Source of the DNA: Fimbriimonadales bacterium
GTDB taxonomy: Bacteria; Armatimonadota; Fimbriimonadia; Fimbriimonadales; ATM1
Direction of reading: 5' to 3'
DNA: 64,000 bases
NCBI GenBank assembly: GCA_051003155.1
Contig: JBPCLO010000013.1
Span: 32,001 to 96,000, forward strand
Below the pieces are notes generated by a model. That model ran no database searches. It saw nothing but the letters and a program-made list of their open reading frames with translations, and was not told where the DNA came from. How positions within the stretch are numbered: the stretch's first letter is position 1; every line of letters begins with the position of its first letter. Positions 56,869 through 64,000 of the stretch are shown here, one piece after another. The position numbers were made by a program, and so were the translations under genes.

Positions 56869-58283
56869 CCGAAGAAGAGCTTGCTCTCCGCTTAGTGGAT
56901 GTATTGTCGCCCGGCCAAGTGATGAGCGGCGAGGCGGTGGAGCGGGCCTACGATTGCGACGCCTACACGGTGCACCGAGCGCACCCGCAGGCGGTCGTCT
57001 TTCCGAAGACAAGCGCGGAGGTTCAAAAGATCGTCCGCTGGTGTATCGAAAACGGTGTGCCATACACTCCCCGAGGCGCCGGGACAGGGCTTAGCGGAGG
57101 CTCGATGCCTGCCCACGGCGGTGTTATTGTTGCGCTGACGCGCATGCGCGAGATTCTACAGGTCGACATCGAGAACCGGACAATGCTCGCACAAGCCGGA
57201 TGCCCGAACTTGGCGCTCAGCAAAGCTGTCGAGGCCCATTGCCTCCACTTCGCGCCCGACCCGAGCAGCCAGACAGTGTGCACTCTCGGCGGAAACATCA
57301 ACGAGAATAGTGGGGGCCCGCACACCCTGAAATACGGCGTGACTGCCGACCACGTGCTGGCGGTCACGTTGGTTGACTGCGAAGGTGAGATTCGAACCTT
57401 TGGAGGCGTGGTGGGCGGCTCGCCGGGATTGGACCTCCTCGGTTTCGTGATCGGCAGCGAGGGAACCCTCGGCATCGTTACGGAAGCGCTGGTGCGCCTC
57501 ACACCCAACCCGATTAATATCAGGACGATGCTAGCAGCCTTCGCAAATTCGGACCAGGCCACCAACACCGTGAGCCTGATCATCGCGTCTGGAATTATTC
57601 CGGCTGCTATGGAGTTTATGGACGCAACGATTCTGCAGGCCGTCGAGGCGGCCTTCCACACCGGTTTGCCGACAGACGCAGGGGCTCTATTGCTCATTGA
57701 ATGCGACGGCGATAATGCCGAGTCCGAAATCGCTTCCGCGGAAGAGATCGCGCGCGCGCAAAAGGCGGTCCAGATAAGAATCGCCGAGGATGCGGACCAC
57801 CGCGCAAAGTTATGGATTGCGCGCAAGAAAAGTATCGGCGCGATCGGCCGCATTTCTTTGAGCATGGTGACGCATGACGGCGTTATTCCGCGGTCAAAAC
57901 TCCCGGAGGTTTTGGATTTCGTTTATAAGACCGCCGAACAATATGGCCTGCGCGTCGCGAATATATTTCACGCCGGAGACGGTAACCTCCACCCGATATT
58001 CCTTTTCGATGACAGAAATCCAGAAGAAGTGGACGCAGTCGTCGCCGCAGGTGAGGCCGTCATCAGGAAATGCCTTGCGGAAGGCGGAAGCGTTACCGGC
58101 GAGCACGGCATCGGAGTCGAAAAGATCGATCTCCTGGCCGAAATGTTCGCGCCCGAAGACCTGCGAATGCAAGAGGACCTGCGACGCGCTTTCAACGATG
58201 GCAACTTGTGCAATCCAGGCAAAGTACTGCCCTCCCAGAAGTCTTGTGTCGAGGTCAAGGTGCGCCGCCGCGCCGCCCACTAA
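56865..58283 (+). CDS. glcD: Glycolate/D-lactate oxidase FAD subunit
   Basis: RGAGTGLSGG, PDPSSQ..CT.GGN, GSEGTLG, HAGDGNLHP, GEHGIG.EK, NPGK. Confidence 0.9.
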   Translation: MTEEELALRLVDVLSPGQVMSGEAVERAYDCDAYTVHRAHPQAVVFPKTSAEVQKIVRWCIENGVPYTPRGAGTGLSGGSMPAHGGVIVALTRMREILQVDIENRTMLAQAGCPNLALSKAVEAHCLHFAPDPSSQTVCTLGGNINENSGGPHTLKYGVTADHVLAVTLVDCEGEIRTFGGVVGGSPGLDLLGFVIGSEGTLGIVTEALVRLTPNPINIRTMLAAFANSDQATNTVSLIIASGIIPAAMEFMDATILQAVEAAFHTGLPTDAGALLLIECDGDNAESEIASAEEIARAQKAVQIRIAEDADHRAKLWIARKKSIGAIGRISLSMVTHDGVIPRSKLPEVLDFVYKTAEQYGLRVANIFHAGDGNLHPIFLFDDRNPEEVDAVVAAGEAVIRKCLAEGGSVTGEHGIGVEKIDLLAEMFAPEDLRMQEDLRRAFNDGNLCNPGKVLPSQKSCVEVKVRRRAAH

Positions 58284-58300
58284 CGGGTAGTCTTTCCGGC

Positions 58301-60202
58301 GTGATTCTGTCGGTTTCGAACATAACGAAGGCCTTCGGCGCGGAGGAGATTCTTCGCGGCGCGAGCTTGCGCGTAGAAAGCGGCGAGAAAGTTGCTCTCG
58401 TGGGCAGGAACGGTACTGGGAAGACCACACTGCTCAAGATCATCGCCGGGCAAATGCGGGCCGATTCGGGAAGCTACCACCTTGCAAAGGGAGCGAAAGT
58501 CGGCTACCTTCGGCAGGAGGCGCCCGTCGACCCAAACCGGACTGTCCTGGGAGAGGCCGAGGAGGCGCGCCGCAAGGTTCTCGAGTTGAGGAAGCGGCTG
58601 GACGACCTCGAGCTAAGGCTTTCGCAAAAGCCGACTGAGGAAGAAATCGAAGAATACGCCGTTCTCCATGAGCACTTCTTGGATGAAGAGGGGTACGCGG
58701 CGGAGCACGACATGCGCGCTGTGCTCCAGCGCATGGGGTTCAGCGAAAGTGATTTCGATAAGCCGGCATCTTCCTTGAGCGGCGGCGAAAAAACGAGGCT
58801 TGCGCTGGCAAGAATGCTTTTGGAAGAGCCTGACTTGCTGATACTCGACGAGCCGACGAACCATCTCGACCTGGAGGCCACCGAATGGCTGGAAAATTGG
58901 CTTAAGAATTATCGAGGATCCGCGATCATCGTTTCTCACGACCGCGAATTTCTTCAAAATGTTTCGCAAAGAATTATCGAAGTAAACGAAGGTCAAACAC
59001 GAAGTTGGCCCGGGCCCTTCGATAAATACCTGTTGCTCAAGATAGAAGACGAGCAGGGTCAAGCTGACCTTGCCAAAAAACAGCAGCAGGAAATGGCGAA
59101 GCTCGACGAGTACGTGAGGCGTTTTCTTAACTCCGAGCGTGTGGCTCAAGCTCGCGGCCGAAAGCGCCACCTCGACCGCATGAAAGCGAATCTGATCACG
59201 GGTCCTAAAACTATACGCGGGATAGCCGGCGGTTTTTCTGAGGTCGCGCGCAGCGGCGATCTTGTACTCGCTTGCAAGGGTCTTGGCATGCAATACGGCG
59301 GCCGCGTTCTCTTTTCGAAGCTGGATTGGACGGTTACACGCGGAGACAAGTGGGGTGTTGTCGGCCAAAACGGGGCCGGAAAGTCGACTCTAATCCGGAA
59401 TGCACTTGGACTTTTGGAACCGACGGAAGGTTCGGCAAAAATCGGCGCGAATATCACCATCGGATACTTTTCTCAGGACACGGTGGACCTCGACCCTGAG
59501 CTTACGCCACTCGAAATGATGAATTGGGAGTGTGACCTTGATTATCCGGCCGCGAGAAATCTTTTGGCGAGATTCTTGATCACTGGCGACCAGGTATATC
59601 AGCAGATAAAGACCCTCAGCGGTGGCGAGAAAAATAAACTCGTTCTGGCTAAAATTACGGCTCTAAAACCCAATCTCTTAGTTTTAGACGAGCCGACCAA
59701 CCACTTGGATATGGATTCGAGGGACGCGCTGGCGGATGTAATCAAGGAGTTCACGGGCTCCGTAATTCTTGTTTCCCACGACCGTTGGTTGCTCTCGCAG
59801 GTCACGACCCGGACCATGGACGTCAGATCGGACACAATTGTTCAGTCCATAGGTTCGTATGCGGAGTACCGTCGTGACCGGGATTCAGGTGAGCCGCTCG
59901 AGCAGGCGCCCGTCGATTCGCAGCCGGAAAGACGAGTGGAAGTTTCGCAAAGGGAAATCAGCAAGAGGATCGAACGTCTGGAAAAGAGCGTTGAGCGGTT
60001 TGAAGCCGAAATAATCGAGGTTGAGGATGAGCTGAAAACCCACGAAGAGGTCCTCGCCGGGCTGCCACCTGAGGCAGATTTCGTCGGCGAAACAAGAAAG
60101 CATGCAGAAATCGAGCGGCGGCTGGCGCAAAAACTGGTCGATTGGGAAAACCACAGTGCGGAACTCGACGATTTGCGCTCGAAGCAAGGTGCGGCTGTTT
60201 GA
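58301..60202 (+). CDS. ABC-F family ATPase (two NBDs, no TM, C-terminal coiled coil)
   Basis: GRNGTGKT and GQNGAGKS, LSGGEK x2, LDEPTNHLD x2, VSHDR x2. Confidence 0.93.
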   Translation: MILSVSNITKAFGAEEILRGASLRVESGEKVALVGRNGTGKTTLLKIIAGQMRADSGSYHLAKGAKVGYLRQEAPVDPNRTVLGEAEEARRKVLELRKRLDDLELRLSQKPTEEEIEEYAVLHEHFLDEEGYAAEHDMRAVLQRMGFSESDFDKPASSLSGGEKTRLALARMLLEEPDLLILDEPTNHLDLEATEWLENWLKNYRGSAIIVSHDREFLQNVSQRIIEVNEGQTRSWPGPFDKYLLLKIEDEQGQADLAKKQQQEMAKLDEYVRRFLNSERVAQARGRKRHLDRMKANLITGPKTIRGIAGGFSEVARSGDLVLACKGLGMQYGGRVLFSKLDWTVTRGDKWGVVGQNGAGKSTLIRNALGLLEPTEGSAKIGANITIGYFSQDTVDLDPELTPLEMMNWECDLDYPAARNLLARFLITGDQVYQQIKTLSGGEKNKLVLAKITALKPNLLVLDEPTNHLDMDSRDALADVIKEFTGSVILVSHDRWLLSQVTTRTMDVRSDTIVQSIGSYAEYRRDRDSGEPLEQAPVDSQPERRVEVSQREISKRIERLEKSVERFEAEIIEVEDELKTHEEVLAGLPPEADFVGETRKHAEIERRLAQKLVDWENHSAELDDLRSKQGAAV

Positions 60203-61048
60203 ATGGATCATGCTCCTTCGACGGCAAAAGAAGCCGCCGACATCATCCGCGCAGGCGGGCCTTTCGTAATTCGCGGCACGGAAACCAAGCGTGATTTTGG
60301 CTGCCCGATGGGTGTCGGGGAAACGATCTTTACAAGGAACCTCTCCGGCATCGTCGAGTGGTCCCCGGAAGATCTCGTCACGGTCGTGCGAGCGGGCACG
60401 CTCATTTCCGAGCTTCAGGCAGAACTGGCAACCCGTAACCAATGCCTCCCCTTGCCGCCTTCGGCCAACGGCGTCGAGCGACTCACGGCCGGGATGACGG
60501 GCACGGTCGGCGGCTTGGTGTCCGCCAACCTGCCGACTCGGTGGGATAGCGCGACCAACAGCGTTCGCTATTGGGTCCTCGGCATGACGATCGTTCGCGC
60601 CGATGGGGCGATTGCAAGGTGCGGCAGCAAGGCGGTCAAGAATGTAGCTGGCTACGATGCACAGAAGCTCTTCATAGGGGCTTGGGGAACGCTCGGCCTT
60701 ATCACGGAGGTGATCCTGAGGGTCAAGACGATTACCGGAAACCCGGAACCGCCCATTCGATGCGAGTGGGACGGAAGCGCACCACTGATGGTCTGCAGGA
60801 CCCCACTCTCCGAAGGGCCGGCGTTCGCTGCCGGCATTCCGAATTCTGTCCTCGGTACACAAACCGGCACGATATGGGCACCGGCGCCGAAAACCATCGC
60901 ACCACCAGAGCGAGGATGGGCAATTTTCGCTGGGCACGGACGTCACAACTTCGGCGGCTTCGGGCCGAATGAGGACCTGATGATAAGGGTCAAAGACCGG
61001 CTAGACCCCGATCGCAAATTCAACCCTGGCCAGATGGGAATCTTTTGA
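60203..61048 (+). CDS. glcE: Glycolate oxidase FAD-binding subunit
   Basis: GTVGG.V..N, G....KNVAGYD..KL..G..GTLG, LDP...FNPG. Confidence 0.85.
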   Translation: MDHAPSTAKEAADIIRAGGPFVIRGTETKRDFGCPMGVGETIFTRNLSGIVEWSPEDLVTVVRAGTLISELQAELATRNQCLPLPPSANGVERLTAGMTGTVGGLVSANLPTRWDSATNSVRYWVLGMTIVRADGAIARCGSKAVKNVAGYDAQKLFIGAWGTLGLITEVILRVKTITGNPEPPIRCEWDGSAPLMVCRTPLSEGPAFAAGIPNSVLGTQTGTIWAPAPKTIAPPERGWAIFAGHGRHNFGGFGPNEDLMIRVKDRLDPDRKFNPGQMGIF

Positions 61049-62256
61049 ACGATCAGAAACTCTACGACCGTACGGTCAAGTGCATTCGTTGTGGATTTTG
61101 CCTGGAAGCCTGCCCAACGTTCGTGCTCACCGGCCAAGAAACCGAGTCTCCACGCGGGCGCATTTACCTGGTCCGTAGCGCGATCGAGGGTGAGCTGGCT
61201 TGGGACAAGGAAGTCCTCGAGCACCTCGACACTTGTCTCGGCTGCCGCGCGTGTGAGCCGGCGTGCCCCAGCGGCGTCGAATACGGCTCGATATTGGAAA
61301 TGGCTAGGGAGCGGCTCGAAGCGCTCCCGCTTAGGCGGCCAATGGGAAAGATTGCGCGGAGGGGACTGCTCAAGGTCTTGACAACCCCGTGGCTGATGAA
61401 GCTCGGCATGCTCTGGCCGGGCAGGTGCCTGCCTATGGCCCTTTCTAAGGCCTTGAGCGGCCGGTCTCCAGAAGCGGCTACCCCAAGGCCGCAACCAGTT
61501 TCGAAAGCGCCCGCGATCCCGGAAGGCAACGCTCCCGTGTACTTCCTGGAGGGTTGCGTTATGAGCGTTATGTATGCGGGAACAAATGAGAACACAAGGT
61601 TCTTGTTGCGCCGCGCGGGTGGACGCGTGGATTCGAAGCGGCAGTGCTGCGGCGCGCTCGACCTACACGCCGGACTAGGCGACAGGGGCCGCAGCAAGGC
61701 TCGCGCTCTGATCGACTGCTGCCCCGAGGATGCGCCGGTCGTCACCAACTCGGCAGGCTGCGGCGGCGCGATGAAAGACTACGGCGACTTGCTCGCCGAC
61801 GACCCGGCCTACGCCGACAGAGCGCGCAGATTTTCAAAGAGGGTGCGCGACATTACCGAACACTTGAGTGGAGCAGACCTCGAGCTGCCCCGATCAAACC
61901 GGCATCTCCGGATCGCATACCACGACGCGTGCCATCTGGCGCATGGCCAACGCATACGTAAAGAACCCCGCGAGCTGCTTCGATCATTGCCGGGTGTGCA
62001 GTTGGTCGAGCTCGAGGAATCGGACCGATGCTGCGGCAGCGCAGGAATCTACAACCTCACCCAACCGGAACTCGCTCGCCGCCTGCTGGAGCGAAAGTGG
62101 ACCTTCATCGAACAGACGGGGGCGGAGATCGTGGCGACCGGTAACCCCGGCTGTCTCGCCTGGATCCAGCAAGCCGCCGCCGAAAAGGGTTCCGCAGTGC
62201 GCGTTATGCACATCGTCGACGTGATCGCCGAAGCGGTGCGCTCTACTTCTTCGTGA
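61045..62256 (+). CDS. glcF: Glycolate oxidase Fe-S subunit
   Basis: CIRCGFCLEACPT, CLGCRACEPACPSGV, two CCG domains, YHDACHL. Confidence 0.9.
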   Translation: MNDQKLYDRTVKCIRCGFCLEACPTFVLTGQETESPRGRIYLVRSAIEGELAWDKEVLEHLDTCLGCRACEPACPSGVEYGSILEMARERLEALPLRRPMGKIARRGLLKVLTTPWLMKLGMLWPGRCLPMALSKALSGRSPEAATPRPQPVSKAPAIPEGNAPVYFLEGCVMSVMYAGTNENTRFLLRRAGGRVDSKRQCCGALDLHAGLGDRGRSKARALIDCCPEDAPVVTNSAGCGGAMKDYGDLLADDPAYADRARRFSKRVRDITEHLSGADLELPRSNRHLRIAYHDACHLAHGQRIRKEPRELLRSLPGVQLVELEESDRCCGSAGIYNLTQPELARRLLERKWTFIEQTGAEIVATGNPGCLAWIQQAAAEKGSAVRVMHIVDVIAEAVRSTSS

Positions 62257-62758
62257 AAGTGGCCTCGGCGACCTTAACCCACTTCTCGCCCTCTTTGAAC
62301 TCGAGCAGGAAGTGGACCACCTTGTCGGATTTCTTGGTAACGCTAGCACGGCTTGTCGTTGGCCCCTTCGGGTCAACGCTCCACGGCTCGCTGATCATGA
62401 CCATCTTGTCGATTTCGAAAGTCCCATGCTCGACGCGCGGCGTCGGGGCAAAGTTGGTGAATGTGTATGACGAATACCGTTTCTTCGCGGCGTCCCAGCA
62501 CAGGAAACTCGTCTCGGAGAACCTCATTCCCATCATCTGAAACGAGGACGTTGACTTTAGGAAATTGCCTTCCGTCACGGCCTTGTACGGCAATTCGACA
62601 GTTTCGTTCATGCCTTCCATCGACCACTTCACCTTGCCATTCCAGTCGCCGATCATCCACGCGATACGCTCCATTTCCGCGGACGGCTTCTCCTGCGCTG
62701 GCGCAAGGGCGAAGGCGAGCAAAGCAGCTAACGCAACGATGAACTTGATTCTCTTCAT
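62243..62758 (-). CDS. Secreted beta-rich protein (DUF1579-like)
   Basis: Signal peptide, W..G.W, WD..KK.Y; SD GGGAGG. Confidence 0.65.
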   Translation of the reverse strand: MKRIKFIVALAALLAFALAPAQEKPSAEMERIAWMIGDWNGKVKWSMEGMNETVELPYKAVTEGNFLKSTSSFQMMGMRFSETSFLCWDAAKKRYSSYTFTNFAPTPRVEHGTFEIDKMVMISEPWSVDPKGPTTSRASVTKKSDKVVHFLLEFKEGEKWVKVAEATFTKK

Positions 62759-62801
62759 ATATCCTCCCTGAGACCGCCTCTGTAGGGCGGTTCATCAGAG
62801 A

Positions 62802-64000
62802 TTATGGCAACGCTTTGAAAGAAATGTGCGAGGCGTTCTTTCCCGCGAGGTAGACGCGGTGCGTGGCCTTGCGAAAGTCCTTCTCGTCCGCGTTGTAAAT
62901 GTTCACAAACGTCTGAGGGTTGCGGTCAGTTAGCGGGAACCACGACGAGTGGACCTGCACCATGATTCGGTGGCCCTTTCGAAAAGTGTGCATGACGTCC
63001 GGAAGCACGAACTCGACCTTGGTGATCCGTTTGGGGGTCAGCGGCTCGGGTTTTGACCAGCTGTTGCGATATTTGGCGCGCATGGGCTCGCCTCGAATGA
63101 GCATCTGATAGCCGCCCATGGTTACGGATTCGTTCCTGGGTGATCTCGCCGCGGTGTCGCGCGGGTATACGTCGATTAGCTTCACCACAAAGTCAGCGTC
63201 CGTGCCGGTGGTCGAAACGTGAAGCGTCGCGGTTAAGGGCCCCGCCATTGTAACGTCGTTTGAGAGGGCCGGAGTGGCGTAGGACAGCACATCGGGCCGG
63301 TTCCAGACGAAGCGCTGGTCCTCGATCATGTAGCTTCGCGCCATGCCCGTCGTGATCGTCGCGGAGTTCGGAACCGGCTTCGCCGGGTCGCTGACGTATT
63401 CGTCGAAGGCCTTTCCGACGGACGGCGTAGCTGCGAGCGATTCGCCCAGGTAGAGCTTTGCATCGCCGGCGGTCCTCGGCGGCCATTCGTCGAATTCGCG
63501 CCACTTATCCGCGCCGATGTCGAAGACGGTCGCCTCGGGTCTATTGAATTCGCCTGTGCCTTTCAAGAACTCCTTGAAGAACGGCAGCTGGAACTTTGCG
63601 CGAAAGTCCTCGGCGGTCTTGGTGGTCCACTTGATATCGTGCAGGGAGTCACCGACGCCGCCTCCCCAGGAACCGTGGTACCACGGGCCCATGACGAGAA
63701 TCGTTCGGTTGATAAGGGGACTGGCCTTTTCGATAGCTCGATAGATCGCGAGCGGTCCGTAGAGGTCTTCCGCATCGAACCAGCCGCCCACGAGCATCAC
63801 TGGAACATCGCCCACTTTCTTTAGGTGCTGCGGGACGTTCTGCTTTTGCCAGTATTCGTCGTAGTCTCCGTGCTCCATCCACTCTTTCCACAGCCGAATC
63901 TTGTCCATCCCGTACTTCTTCGCTGCGTTCTTCAGCGGGCCCATGTTGAGGAAGAACTGGTAGCCGTCGCGAGTGCCGTGACGAAAAACGTCGCCATCGT
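62802..64000 (-). CDS. CocE/NonD-family hydrolase (alpha-amino acid ester hydrolase-like), 5' end outside the window
   Basis: H..YD.YW, GGWFDAED, MGPW.HG, SDP.KPVP, DQRF...RPDVL, TDADFVVKLIDV, QV.SSWFP. Confidence 0.88.
   Translation of the reverse strand, partial: DGDVFRHGTRDGYQFFLNMGPLKNAAKKYGMDKIRLWKEWMEHGDYDEYWQKQNVPQHLKKVGDVPVMLVGGWFDAEDLYGPLAIYRAIEKASPLINRTILVMGPWYHGSWGGGVGDSLHDIKWTTKTAEDFRAKFQLPFFKEFLKGTGEFNRPEATVFDIGADKWREFDEWPPRTAGDAKLYLGESLAATPSVGKAFDEYVSDPAKPVPNSATITTGMARSYMIEDQRFVWNRPDVLSYATPALSNDVTMAGPLTATLHVSTTGTDADFVVKLIDVYPRDTAARSPRNESVTMGGYQMLIRGEPMRAKYRNSWSKPEPLTPKRITKVEFVLPDVMHTFRKGHRIMVQVHSSWFPLTDRNPQTFVNIYNADEKDFRKATHRVYLAGKNASHISFKALP

Overview
This is 64 kb of GC-rich bacterial chromosome. 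The lineage is probably Armatimonadota (Fimbriimonadia-like); this is inferred from the prepilin/H-X9-DG protein, a PEP-CTERM protein, an SBBP-type repeat and futalosine-pathway genes, not from a marker alignment. Most genes are housekeeping: trpS, mqnL/ubiD, mqnC, gyrA, dapL-like, folC, oppABC, wecB, prpBC, galE, gpsA, ffh-rpsP-khpA-rimM-trmD-rplS-lepB, greA, alaS, metH and glcDEF. I saw no rRNA, tRNA, CRISPR array or transposase. Six observations stand out. (1) A decaying accessory patch between mqnC and gyrA holds an ARPP-1/DUF6569-like lipoprotein broken by a 7-bp duplication and a protein with seven near-identical 126-bp TPR repeats broken by a 1-bp deletion; the two convergent genes are fused tail-to-tail. 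(2) A possible lipid module joins TMEM14/FAX-like, gpsA, a 7Fe ferredoxin and an acyl-ACP-reductase-like enzyme. (3) A GT4-(alpha/alpha)6 fusion and a GH130 gene sit in a stress-gene neighbourhood. (4) A copper-radical-oxidase-like protein has a His-to-Asn ligand change and follows a PEP-CTERM protein. (5) GyrA lacks both quinolone-bridging residues. (6) Many genes have a -10 box just before the start codon, suggesting leaderless transcripts. All family calls come from motif recognition by eye; no database searches were run.
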